Below, piece after piece: positions 11,387 through 23,464 of a DNA stretch of 64,000 nucleotides. Both the position numbers and the translations under genes were made by a program. Position 1 is the stretch's first letter. Each line of letters begins with the position of its first letter. The DNA lies in contig CM114271.1 of NCBI GenBank assembly GCA_050084515.1, positions 27,528,001 through 27,592,000 on the forward strand, written 5' to 3'. The notes beneath the pieces were generated by a model, which had not been told where the DNA came from, did not search any database, and worked only from the letters and a program-made list of their open reading frames with translations. The DNA is from Blasia pusilla. Its lineage: Eukaryota.

Positions 11387-14300
11387 TGTTAAAAAAAGGA
11401 TGACCCTATAAACCCATAAGGTATGCACCGGGTTTAGGGCCACTCCAACTATATTAGCATTACTTAGAACCATAAGTCTAGTATATTAGCTAGACTCATT
11501 TCTTAGTGTTAAGGAGACTCTTTTCTCTCCTAAAGTGTGTCTTCTCTTTCTCTTTCATGTAGTACACTGATATGCTAGAGTTAACCTTGTTAATGAGATT
11601 TGGGACTTTGCATTTTTCTACTTTGGATTTTTATCATGGTATCAGAGCTTGGCTTAATGTGAGACTTGGCAATTGCTATGCTATGGTTTAATGTCAGACT
11701 TGGTAATTGCTATGTTGCAAAGTTCTTTCCATTGATTTATGTTTCTTTAGTTTTCCTATTTTTTCTTCTAATCTGAAAATTAGTCTTGCACTTCATATAG
11801 ACTTTTCAGTAGTAAAAGCTCATTGTCTTCACTTTTATTTCATTTCCATAGCAATGGCTTCTTCATCGTCCGATCATCGCCTTGAACGGCTTGATGAAAG
11901 AAACTGTAGCACGTGGTCCTTTTCCATGATGTATTTATTGAGTACTCAAAAACTCTTTAAATATGTAGAAGGAAAGATCGAGAGACCAGGTGAGGAAAAT
12001 GCTCGTGCGAGAGACAAATGGGATGAGGAAGAGATGGAAGCGAAGGGGATCGAAGCAAGATCCATAATTTGGATGAAAATGCATCCATCCAATTACAAGG
12101 CTATGATGGAGGTATGAGAAAATCACGAGGATTAGATGAGATGAATCTCACATTTTTGGGTCCTAAGGGAGAACGCACTCCCGTGATTGTGAAGAATGTG
12201 CATTGGGTGCCCAATGCATTAGATACGCTTCTATCGCTGCAACCTTATGCAAAAGGGGCTGCAAATTCAACTTGGATGGAGATAGGGTAGATTGGTTCCT
12301 ACCGTCTGGAGATCTACTTGCAAATAGGAAGCTTGAGGGAAAGGCTTATCTCATGTGTTGTGAAATTGAGGAGACCACAATTGTGGCGAAAGCTTCTCTT
12401 GCAGGTTGATCACTTCTAGAAAAATTGTTGGCAACAAGTTAAGGAGCTAATGCCAACATGTGAGGCAGGTATCGTTGGTAAGGCACACGGTCAGCCTTTT
12501 CCAGAGATGCATAAGCATGCCAAGGGAATTCTAGATGTGGTCATTTCTGATCTAGGATATTTTGATATGCCTAGCTTTGGAGGTGCTAAATGGATGGTTG
12601 TGTGGACAGATGAGTGTTCGTGATACACTAGCTTAGCTTTCCTCATGACTAAAGATAAAACTCATGAAGCATACAGGATTTGGGAGAGTGAAGTACAAAG
12701 AAAGATGGAGCGGAAGGTGGAAACTTTCCTGACTGACCAAGGCACGTAGTTCTTAAACCAGAAGCTTGGTTCATACTTCAAGGCGCATGGAATCCAAAAT
12801 ATGGTAACAACTTCATACACACATGAGGTTTTTGGGATGACACAATGAATGATGCGCACTATCTTTGAAGGAGTTTGCACACTCTTTGCAAGAGCAAAGT
12901 TAGATCGTTGCTATTGGGCCTATGCAGAAAAAATTGTTGTGTGGACTCTTAATCGGCCACCACATGCACAACTTGGTAGTAAGAAACCCTATGAAGCACT
13001 TTATAATGAGAAACCTTCTATTGCCCATGCTCATCTATTTGGTTGTTCTGCTTGGTATCATATACCAAAGGAAATCTGGAAAAAGCTTGATGAAAAGGCA
13101 AGGAAAGGTATTTTTGTTGGCTATTCTGAGATTGCAAACGGGTATGAGATTTATCTACCAGAGAGTAAGGAGATAATTCTTAGTCGTGATGTCATATTTG
13201 ATGAAAAGGAGGTAACAATTGTAACCTCTGACCTAGGTCCTTCAAAGAAAAATGACAACCAAGATGTTGACCTTCATGTTGTGAAGTTTGGTTCTTCCAA
13301 TCCGACAGAAGTCCCAAACACCATAGAAGTTGGTGATACAAATATTCTTGAAGAAAAGAGGAAATTGGCGGGGGCACAAAAATGGAAGGAGATGTTCATC
13401 TAGAACAACATGTGAAATCTCATGCAAGGAGTGGAATTGATCCTATCAACATTATCGATGGACCACGCAGGCGCCAAACACCTTGGAGAGAAGATGATGA
13501 CTTTGTACGAGAAGATTTTCTTTTGGAGATCATTGACTCAACAAATCTTCCTCCACACTCTCAACCCGATCCCAAGACCTTGGGAGAAGCTTTGAACTCT
13601 CCCTTTGCAAATGAATGGAAAATGGCCATGCAAGAGGAGTTGCAATCTCTAAAAGAGCATGGCACATGGGAGATCTTCCAGTTGGAAGAAAACCCATAGA
13701 TTCAAAATGGGTATTTCGCACCAAGGTTGCATCAAATGGATTAGTTGTGAGGTTCAAAGCATGGTTGGTTGCAAAAGGCTACTCCGAAGTCAAAGGTATT
13801 GAATACCATGAGACTTTTGCACATGTGGCACGTCTTGCAACAATTCGTGTGTTTTCTGCTCTTGCAGCAACTCTAGATTGGAGTGTTCAACAACTTGATG
13901 TTGTTTCAGCTTATTTGAATGGAAAACTTAAGGAGGAGAATATCTTCATGAGAGTACTTGAAGGTTTGGATACTCCTCCATAGCACAAAGGCAAGGTTGT
14001 GCGACTGCTAAAGACTTTATATGGTTTGAAGCAAGCTGTACGTGGGTGGAATGAGAACTTGGATTGCTCCTTGTTGGCACTTGGTTGGCAGTGCTCTAAT
14101 TCTGACCCATGTCTCTACACAATGAAAATGGATCAGTTGGTCCTTGCTCTTATTGTGTATGTTGACGATGTGTTGATTGGAGGGAAATTTTTTGAGATTT
14201 TTGTGGCTCAAAAGGAAGATTTGCAGAGGTGCTACAAGATGAAAGACCTTGGTAAGTTGAATCATTTTTTCTCGGAGCAAAGGAGATGGAGCCATTAGTT

Positions 14301-15364
14301 TGAGCCAAACAAAGTATATCTCTCAAAAGCTTGAAGAATTCGGGATGAAGGAGGCAAAAGTTGTTGCAACACCGATGGAGCCCGGGAATTTAACCATTCA
14401 TGAGAATGATATGCGGCTCGACTCAAAAGGGGTCAAATTGTATCAACAAGCATTGGGATCTTTGTTGTATTTGGCAAACGCAACTAGGTATAATATCTCT
14501 TTTTCTTGCCACCACTTTACGCAATATATGTCTCGACCTTGCACATCACATTGGCAAGGAGTGAAACGAGTGTTTTGATACTTGCAAGGGACTAAGAATT
14601 TGGTATTGCGGTATGGCGACAAACATACAAGCTTGCAACTTGTAGGATACAACGATGCAGATTGGGGAGGTTGCAAGGAGACGCGATGTTCAGTGGGAGG
14701 TTTTTTCTTTCACACTAGGCGGACCAGCAGTCTCTTGATCAAGCAAGAAACAGACAATAGTCTCTCTCTCTCATCAACAGAAGCAGAATATGTTGCCGTC
14801 ACTATTGCAGCAAAAGAGGCTCTATGGCTTCAAAAGGCAATGGGAGATTATGGGATCGAGCAACCATATCCAATCCTCATTCACGAGGATAGTCAGTTGT
14901 GTATTGCGATTGCAAAGAATCCTGCTCATCATGGTCGCACCAAACATTTTCACATTCAACACGTGTAAGGAAGTGCGTAGAAAAAGGAGAAGTGGAACTC
15001 AAGTATTGTCCAAGTGAGCAAATGGCGGCATATATCTTGACAAAACAACTAGCTAAAGCAAAGTTTATTGCTTGTAGAAATATGCTAGGACTAGTGAAAG
15101 TCTAATAAAGATGAGTTGCCTTTCCACGGAGGAGGAGTGTTAAAAATAGGATGACCTTATAAACCCATAAAGTATGCACCGTATTTAGGGCCACTCCAAC
15201 TATATTAGCGTCACTAACTATATTAACGTCATTTAGAACCATAAGTCTAGTAGATTAGCTAAATTCATTTCTTAAGGAGAGTGTGTGTTCTCTTTCATAT
15301 ATGCTAGAGTTAACTTTGTTCATGAGATTTGGGATTTTGCATTTCTTTACTTTGGATTTTATCG
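11387..15364 (+). mobile_element. Ty1/Copia LTR retrotransposon, internally deleted and decayed
   Basis: LTRs 11387-11636 and 15138-15364, PBS TGGTATCAGAGC 11637-11648, PPT GGAGGAGGAG before 15138, TSD AAGTC (11382-11386, 15365-15369). Domain order INT-RT-RH. Confidence 0.95.
11854..15105 (+). pseudogene. Copia gag-pol remnant
   Basis: Gag N-term (LDERNCSTWSFSM), integrase (KKLDEKARKGIFVGY), RT (KTLYGLKQA, YVDD), RNase H (DADWGG, SSTEAEYVA, HGRTKH). Many stops and frameshifts; most of gag is deleted. Confidence 0.9.
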
Positions 15365-15735
15365 AAGTCGCCACGTCTACGACGCTCAACAGGTTGTGTT
15401 CACTGAGCTCTCGCCACACCCGATCGATCGGGAGAATTGCGTCTTCGGGCAGGCTGAGATCTAACACCTTCCTGCCTCCATAGCAACAGTCCCTGACGCG
15501 AGAACATCCTTGTTGTTCGTGAACTTTCTAGTGTAGGCGAAGTAACCAGGAGTTCCAACTTCTTCTTGTGCTCCATCATCCGGGCTAGTCCGAAATCCCC
15601 CGGCATGGCATTGAATTGCTGATCCAGCGTGACGTTGCTGGATTTCACGTTTCGATGAAGCACCTTCACTCGGCAACACTCGTTTAGATACTGGAGAGCT
15701 GGAGCGAACCGTTCCAACCAAGATCTCAAATCTGG
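15365..15735 (-). pseudogene. LecRK pseudogene, kinase subdomains VIa-X
   Basis: LQYLNECCRVKVLHRNVKSSNVTLDQQFNAMPGDFGLARMM and VGTPGY, with deletions and frameshifts. Confidence 0.9.
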
Positions 15736-16036
15736 CAGGAATTTGCTTAAGTGGCCCCTTGCCCTACTTATGTTGCTTAAGTGGCCCCCCTGCGAAATCT
15801 CTTGCTTGAGTGGCCCCTATGAACTGCCACGTCAGAGTTCCCACCGGTTGGTAGAAATTTTCTTCTACGTAGTTACTCTAGCCCAAATTTTTTGGATATA
15901 GGAACAATCCCGAGTTAGGGTTTGTCACTTTCGAGTTAGGACTGTTGATCATGCAAATCGTGATCAACACTCGTACTCTGGCACATGTTAATTTGTTTAC
16001 TAATCAGTGTTTACTGTTCATAAGCTTGATTAGAGA

Positions 16037-16280
16037 ATGGATGGTGTCGAGCTACCCAAACATCCTAACCTCTCGTGTATTGATGACAATTTTCCAGACT
16101 TGAGCAGACAACATTTTCCTCTGGATGACAATGGATTTTCTGGTTCTAGTCGCAAAGACCAAAATTGTGGATCTTATGAACGAAGGCCATCATCAATAGA
16201 GTCATCGGCTACTTTCGAGTTATGGCGAGCCTCCACGTCCAAGAATGATCCCTGTCTCGAAGGGTTCAGCCTGGAAGAAG
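16037..16280 (+). CDS. Putative first exon of the MULE transposase gene
   Basis: ATG at 16037, open to GAAGAAG|GTAAGA donor (phase 1), phase-compatible with the acceptor GTGCAG| upstream of the DNA-binding-domain exon at about 17781. Confidence 0.45.
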
Positions 16281-16299
16281 GTAAGATGACGCCGGGTTT

Positions 16300-17670
16300 A
16301 GTGGGCGTAAAAATAGCCGCCGAGATGGATACTCGATCCAGAAATGATGATTATTGTCGCAATAGCCGCCACCATAATCGAAATAGCCGCCGTTGTAGAT
16401 TATTCGTTTCCTGAGAGGTGATCCTACTAAGAATAGCTGGGAAAATATCCGCCGTTGTAGTTATTTTGATTTCCTGAGATCTAAGCCTCCTCACAGTATA
16501 GCCGCCGAATTAGCTGCCGTGGTAGTTTTGTAGTTATCCTGAGAGGGTCGCCTTTTGAAATTAGCCTCCGATTTTTAGCCGCCATTGTAGTATTATTGTT
16601 GTCTTGAGAGTTGAGCCTAGTCATAAGAGTGGTCGACTTAGCGGCATTTGTAATTGATTTCCTTTCTTGAGAGCTTAGCCTACTGAGAATAACCACCGAA
16701 ATAGCCGTCGTTGTTGTTGTTTTGTTTTCATGAGAGGCGAGCCAACTCAGAATAGCCTCCAAATTAGCCGCCGTTGTAATTGTTTTGTTCTCTTCAGAGG
16801 TGAGCCAACTCAGAATAGCCGCCAAATTAGCCGCCGTTGTAGTTGTTTTGATCTTTTCAGAGGTGAGCTAACTCATATTTGTCGCCGAATTAGCCGCCGT
16901 TGTAGTTGTTTTGTTGTCTTTAGAGGTGAGCTAACTCAGAATAGTCATTGAATTAGCCACCGTTGTAGATGTCTAACTTTCCCTAGAGGTGAGCCAACTC
17001 AGAATAGCCGCCGAATTAGCCGCCGTTGTAGTTGTTTTGGTTTCGGGAGAGATTGGGCTTCTCAGAATAACCACCGAAATAGCCGTTGTTGTTGTTGTTG
17101 TTGTTTTGTTTTCATGAGAGGCGAGCCAACTCAGAATAGCCACCAAATTAGCCGTTGTTGTAGTTGTTTTTGTTCTCCTGAGAGGTGAGCTAACTCAGAT
17201 TTGTCGCCGAATTAGTCGCCGTTGTAGTTGTTTTGTTCTCTTCAGAGGTGAGCTAACTCAGAATAGTCACCGAATTAGCCACCGTTGTAGATGTCTAACT
17301 TTCACTAGAGGTGAGCCGAGTCAGAATAGCCGCCGAATTAGCCGTCGTTGTAGGTGGTTTGGGTTTTGGGAGATATTGGGCTACTTCGACTAGCCTCCGA
17401 AATAGCCGCCGTTGTAGTAATTTTGTTCTCTTCAAAGGTGAGGCTACTCAGAGTATCCTCCGTTGTAGTTGTTCGTACTCCTGATAGATGAGCCTACTCA
17501 AAGCAGTTGCCGTTGCAGTAAGAGGTGATAGTACTCAGAATAGCCGCCTAAATAGCAGCCATTGCAGTTGTTTTGTACTCCTGAAAGGTCACCTACTCGA
17601 ATAGCCGCCGTTTGCGGTTGTTTTGTACTTTCGAGAGGTTAGCCTACTCACAAGAGCCGCCGTAGTGGAT
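16300..17670 (+). repeat. Tandem array, 63-bp unit, within MULE 1
   Basis: Unit consensus about AGAGGTGAGCCAACTCAGAATAGCCGCCGAATTAGCCGCCGTTGTAGTTGTTTTGTTCTCTTC. Period 63 is seen between 16797 and 16860; roughly 20 variably degenerate units. Confidence 0.9.
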
Positions 17671-17780
17671 ATTTGGATGACATAATGTAAGTCTTCATTT
17701 TGCGATTTGTATTGGCGTGGCGTAGTCATCAGCCGCTGTGAAAGTTAGATTCATTAACAACCCTGGGTCATCATGTGCAG

Positions 17781-18170
17781 TAAGGAGGCATGCCGAGCGG
17801 ATACAATTGAAGCAAGTGTTCCGCAGCTTCGATGAGTTTGAGTTTTCACTAGATTGTTGGTGCTCGCTGAATTATAGAGTGAAGCATTGCGCATGCAGCA
17901 AGAAATGGTACCGGCTTAGAATATGTAGATTTGGCGCAAAGATCAGAGGCAAAGGCCTTCCTATTTTCCATGAGGACAAACCCTCTAGCGGTTCGACGAC
18001 TTCAAGAAATGGAACGTATCCTAAGAGGGAGGATACTCTTGTGAAGAAATGTAGTTTTGTATGCCATGGTATTAACAACATGTCCGACACCGGAGGATTG
18101 GAGGAAAATATTCAGGAATATTCAACGGTTGCTAATCACAGTGGAAAGAAGTCGCATGATGTTAGGGGGA
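17781..18170 (+). pseudogene. MuDR/FAR1-type N-terminal DNA-binding domain fragment
   Basis: IQLKQVFRSFDEFEFSLDCWC...RLRICRF...KKCSF...W...NH pattern typical of the MULE WRKY-GCM1 zinc domain; one apparent frameshift near 18060. Confidence 0.6.
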
Positions 18171-18514
18171 GCACGGCGGTTAATGTCAACGAAGTTGCAT
18201 TTAATGTGTGTGGATCCTCGCTTGGAGATATTGGGGGACATAGTGAAGAATTTCAAGACCCACATATCTCCCTTTTGAAGAAGAGGGAGGAAAAACAAGG
18301 AATGGAGGAGAAATGATTAGAGGAGAGGAAAAAAGTTGAAGAAGACGGAGGAAAAACTAGGAATGGAAGAGAAATGAAGGGAGGAGAGGAAAAAAGATAC
18401 TGAAGAGGGAGGAAAAACAAGGAAGGGGAGGGAAAAATTAAGCAGGGAATGGAGGAAACATGAAGGGAGGAGAGGGAGGGTGTAGAAGAAAATAAAATGG
18501 AAGGAGAGGGAGGG

Positions 18515-19652
18515 TGTGATTAGCCGCCATCCAGAAAATAGCCGCCGGCCTGTGATTAGCCGCCGTCCAGAGAATAGGCGCCGGCCTGTGATTAGCAGCC
18601 GTCCAGAGAATAGCCAACCGCCTAGAAAATAGCCGTCGGGCCTGTGAATAGCCGCCGTCCAGAGAATAGGCGCCGGCCTGTGATTAGCAGCCGTCCAGAG
18701 AATAGCCAGCCGCCGGGCCTGTGAATAGCCGCCGTCCAGAGAATAGGCGCCGGCCTGTGATTAGCAGTCGTCCAGATAATAGCCATCCGCCTAGAAAATA
18801 GCCGCCGGGCCTGTGAATAGCCGTCGTCTAGAGAATAGCCGCCGGCCTGTGATTAGCCGCCGTCTACAAAATAGCCGCCGGCCTGTGTATAGCAGCCGCC
18901 GTCCCGACAATAGCCGCCGGCCTGTGATTAGCCGCCGGACTGTGATTAGCAGTCGGACTATGATTAGCAGCCGAACTGTGATTAGCAGCTGTCCAGAGAA
19001 TAGCCAGCCGCCTAGACAATAGCCGCCGGGCTTGTGAATAGCCGCCGTCCCGACAATAGCCGCCGGCCTGTGATTAGCCGCCGTCCAGAGATTAGCCGCC
19101 GGCCTGTGATTAGCCGCCGTCCAGAGATTAGCCGCTGGACTGTGATTAGTAGCCGTCCAGAGAATAGCCAGCCGCCTAAAAAATAGCCGCGGGGCCTGTG
19201 AATAGCCGCCGTCCCGACAATAGCCGCCGGCCTGTGACTAGCCGCCGTCCAGAGATTAGCTGCCGGACTGTGATTAGCAGCCGTCTAGAGAATAGCCAGC
19301 CGCCTAGAAAATAGCCGTCGGGCCTGTGAATAGTCGCCGTCCCGATAATAGCTGACGGACCTGTGGATAGCAGCCGTCCCGACAATAGCCGCCGGGCCTG
19401 TGAATAGCGCTTGTCCCGAGAGTAGCTGCCGGGCTTGTGAAAAACAGCCGTCCTGACAATAGCCGCCGAGCCTGTGAATAGCAGCCGTCCCGAGAATAGC
19501 CGCCGGGCCTGTGAATAGCAGTCGGACTGTGATTAGTAGCCGTCCACAGAATTGCCAGCCGCCTAGAAAATAGCCGCCGGGCCTGTGAATAGCCGACATC
19601 CCGAGAATAGCCGCCGGGCCTGTGAATAGCATCCGTCCCGACAATAGCCGCC
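18515..19652 (+). repeat. GC-rich short-unit tandem array built on TAGCCGCCG
   Basis: Dozens of GCCTGTGA(T/A)TAGCCGCCGTCC(A/C)GA(G/C)AATAGCCGCCG-like units (about 16-36 bp sub-periods), flanked by purine-rich tracts. Confidence 0.9.
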
Positions 19653-19976
19653 AGGCTTGAGTGGAGAAGGGAGGAGAGGGAGGGATGGGAGTTAAACAAA
19701 CAAAAGCCTCAGAAAGAGCGAGGTGTAGCGTTTGGTGATTTAGTTCTCGGCCTGTGATTAGCAGTTATGGAGAATAGGCGTCACTCCAAGCCTGTTTCTT
19801 CTTGAACCGGGAAGGGTTTGGTCCATTATGGTTTGTGAACTTTAATACGTCACTGAGAACATACTTTGCATTCCAACATGAACAAATATCATAATTTTGC
19901 ACACCAAGAAACAAATGGGCTACATATGACAATTCCATCTGAGTTTATAAATTTCTTTTTGCAATCTGACATTCTT

Positions 19977-21300
19977 TCATGACTTCCTCGCCAAGCTAAT
20001 ATAAAATGCTTCTTCCTCTGGGTTCCACTGGGAATCAGTACCAAGTTCTACCAAGGATATGCCAGTATTTTGCTCCTCACAATCATCAGACTCTTCATCA
20101 GATTCAGACTTCCCATAAACAAGAGAAACACTCGGAAATACTAGACTATTTGGTATGCGATTAGAGGCGCTATTACCAAGATCCATAGGAGTGGAAACAT
20201 TCTCCATGGTAGACTGCACCAAATTTCCCCCTGATACAACACTACCCTTTACATTAAGTTCTTCAGTAGTATCTGCTCTAGTCTCTTGAGAATATAAACT
20301 TTCCACTCTTGAGTAAAGCCTACTCTGATATCCATACTCTGCTACAAACCGACTTGCATCGGGACGTCTTCGTGTTGGGTCATCAGATATAGATCTCCCT
20401 ACAAGTTGGTCCGCTTTCAGCACTTGGCCCGTTTTCCGATTATGCCCTTGAAGTGCATAATGGCCACAACGTCTTTCAAAAGTGCGGGCAACCCTTGTCG
20501 TTGGTGCCCTACGCCCGTTACGAATACCTAACGGACCTCGCTGGGGGATATACTCATGCTGGCCACTCCCAACATCATCTTCATTCACAAACTCTTCATG
20601 TACAGGATAAGAAATCTCTTCACCACCTCCTTGTCCTCTTCGCATCTCGCCACCTCTTCCACCAAGAATGCGCACATAACGATGTCTACCACGCCGAACT
20701 GCAGGAAGGGGAGGTCGGCAATCCCAAGATGGTATAAGTTCATCACTCTTCACAACTGGTATACTGCTTTTGTAGATCTTCCTTATGAAGTCATTGGTCC
20801 AGATAGGATCAACAAGTTTCTGTGAGTCCATTCCAGTAATGACATCCCAAGCCATTACATGCGTACATGGCCAACAAGTATCTTGGAACTCTAGGCATGA
20901 ACAACTGCACTCAGGGTGCAAGCGGACATGAAATTGGTGTGCACTACTTGTGGAAGTGACAAGTGCATTTGTTGCTTTTGAGGCTAGTACATCAAAACTT
21001 TGACAGTTGGCTTCATTCTCTCGATAACGAATAAGTGCATAAGTAGTCAGTTTGTTGGAGAACTTCTCTGGGTGACATGCCTCTACTTTTCTTGCTGCAT
21101 AAGTTTTCATCATGTAATTCCATAACTCACAAGCAATGACAAGTGGAGGTCCCTCCCTGATAGGTTTGATGGCGGAATTTATGACCTCTACAAGATTTGA
21201 ACTCACTTTGCCATAGCGTGGCAAAGGGAATGCACACCTCGCAAACTTCTCTGGTCCTATCTCTCGTATGTACGAGGCTACATTAGCTATTCGTTGAATA
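19977..21300 (-). pseudogene. MULE transposase C-terminal half (catalytic E region, SWIM zinc finger, degenerate zinc knuckle)
   Basis: RYGKVSSNLVEVINSAIK, CSCSCLEFQDTCWPCTHV (SWIM), RRGR, RRCGHYALQGHNRKT. The upstream DD part of the catalytic domain is absent. Confidence 0.85.
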
Positions 21301-21321
21301 TGACTCCTCCAATCCAAATGA

Positions 21322-22909
21322 CACTCACACCAACAGCATGATTCACCTTCACCTGTACATGGAGTGAAGAATGGAGAAAGCAATGGGAATGAGCAACGGA
21401 AGGATGGTATTTATGGCTTGGATTGGCAAGAATTTGGGAACTTGCCTGAATGGAACACTCAGAAGGTAGGAGGTTGGGAAGTTCCCAATGTTTCTCAGTT
21501 CGGGCCTTCACAACACCATAGGGAGTCTCTAGGCACAACAAGGAAAGACACGGCAGATGCACCTATGAAGATCACTACAGAGGGCCCTCATGGGAACATG
21601 GCAAGCGGCACACCACGTGCTCACCCTACAACAACGACCAAGGCCCAACTTTTCGTGGAGCCTATGGTGATTACCCGAGGCTCTCAAACCATGGACAAGT
21701 TTCTTGTGAACAGAATGAGTCAAACTGACCATATGCTCACAGTGGATCAACAATTGCAAACAGATAGTATCCCTGAGGTGCATATGGTTAACCGCTTATG
21801 CGAGACTGAGAGCGTGTACCATGTGAACAACTATGTGCAAACTGAGGACTCCACATGGTGGATGAATTATATGCGGTCCAAAGCGCTAGCAATGGTTCCA
21901 ACACGCGGTGCTCCACAACCCACACCATCAAGTGAAGATGGTATACTCCCTAATGTTGGGGGAGCTGAAGGTTTGGACGGAAAAGAAGATGGGCTCAAAT
22001 CACAGAAGGTATTATGCCAATCTTCAATTGCCCATCTTCCTTTAGATGGCCTCTATTCTCCAATCGTTCTTTACAAATTGCAGTAAGTTCTTATGGATTT
22101 TTGGCATTCTCAGTGGAGGAGTCAACGTATAGGTGAAGGTTTACTCTATATTTGTTGGATTGTCCCAAAACCCTATCCAAAAATCCTTAGTAATCACAAC
22201 CGGCGCCTATTCACTATGGACGGCTATTCACACAGCCTTAGTGATCACAACCGGCGGGTAAACATAGCCGGCGCTTATTCATAGTGGGCGGCTATGCACA
22301 TCCAATGCCAATTTCTAGGCGGCGGCTAATCACAATCAAAGGCTTTGTGCTAAGCACAAAGTGGGGCTAATCACACACGACGACTTTTTTCCATTGTAGG
22401 TTATTTCATGTACACATTCCGTTTGTCTTTGGATGTAGGAACCAACGGAAGAAGTACCAGAGGAAGACCCGAGTGTGCCACAAGGAGGGTTTTTGATTGA
22501 TGAGAGAATCATACAATTGTGGATTAACCATTTGGGGATGCCCGCGGAAGATGTGGTGCATTTGGAATGTTGGGAGGACAAAATTCATCTCACTGAACGA
22601 ACCACAGCTAGAGTAGACAAGTATGTTGAAGTCCTGGAGCTAAGGCACGCAGCTCTTCTCGCTGACAGAGGAGATCTCATTACAAAGTTAAGAGTGACCG
22701 ACTATGACAACAAAGATGGGTGGGAAGAAGCCTTGCGTAGAGTGACAACCTTGCAAGATTCGGCAGCAAGGAATTCACAGTTTTTTTGTGATCTCTTGAG
22801 TAGGCTAGGTGTGTCATCAGACGGCTTGGACGAGGCATCCTGTTTCTCCAGGGCTCTAGTGGCTATTGTTGACTTGCAGCGGTTGGATTCTTCAGGTCAA
22901 AGCATGTAA
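21322..22909 (+). CDS. MULE accessory gene of unknown function (predicted exons ~21322-22008 and 22439-22909; N-terminus probably missing)
   Basis: Two long ORFs join in frame via AAG|GT at 22009 and TAG| at 22438 (phase 0). The last exon is homologous to 51540-51920 in the second MULE. Confidence 0.55.
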
Positions 22910-23290
22910 TAAATCTTTGTAATGTTCCTTTTTGTTTTATGGTGAAACGATGATCACATCCATGTTGTATAATGTATGTCAAACGCTGAAATTTGTGCAC
23001 TTCCACCCCAAACCCTACAACCTGCGGCTAAGACGCTCATGAGCCCTGGGGCTGCGGCTACAACCTGTGGCTAACTCCAAACCCTAAACCCTAAACCTGC
23101 GGCTAAAACCTGCGGTTAAATTGGTCCATCCTCTCCCCCTTGGCTGAAACTTCATCAGCTCACTGCAATGCCATGACACACTGGAGCTGCGGCTAAATCC
23201 AAACTTCCACCCTAAACCTGCGGCTAAAACCTGCGGCTAAATTGGTCCCTCCTCTCCCCCTTGGCTGAAACTTCAGAACTTCTGCGGTTA
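22190..23290 (-). repeat. Reverse-oriented TAGCCGC motif clusters in the right half of MULE 1
   Basis: Many (C)GGCGGCTA/GCGGCTA copies at 22190-22370 (predicted intron) and 23020-23290 (subterminal). A telobox-like AAACCCTAAACCCTAAA lies near 23080. Confidence 0.75.
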
Positions 23291-23464
23291 AGTGCAAAGG
23301 TCTACTACTATAAAAATGGTGCTAGAACAATTACCGGACTTCCCGGTAGCTCATATCCCATGAACACGGTGTTATAGGTAAGAGCCCCACTCAAGCAAGA
23401 GATTTCGTAGGGGGGCCACTTAAGCAACATAAGTAGGGCAGGGGGCCACTTAAGCAAATACCTG

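Larger units (their letters stand above)
15736..23464. mobile_element. Mutator-like element (MULE 1), 7.7 kb
   Basis: 78-bp TIRs (15736-15813, 23387-23464) starting CAGG(A/T)ATTTGCTTAAGTGGCCCC, perfect 9-bp TSD CAAATCTGG (15727-15735, 23465-23473), and internal MuDR-type transposase fragments. Confidence 0.95.

Noticed and set aside
16300-19652. CRISPR-like array
   Set aside because: Units are tandem with no unique spacers, there are no cas genes, and the context is a eukaryotic transposon.
18813-19699. Repetitive ORFs (SRRP.., GTAAIHRPGG..) as proteins
   Set aside because: They are by-products of the GC-rich tandem array, appear on both strands and are frequently interrupted.
23078-23100. 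Telomere or interstitial telomeric array
   Set aside because: Only about 2.5 AAACCCT units inside a transposon end; at most a telobox.
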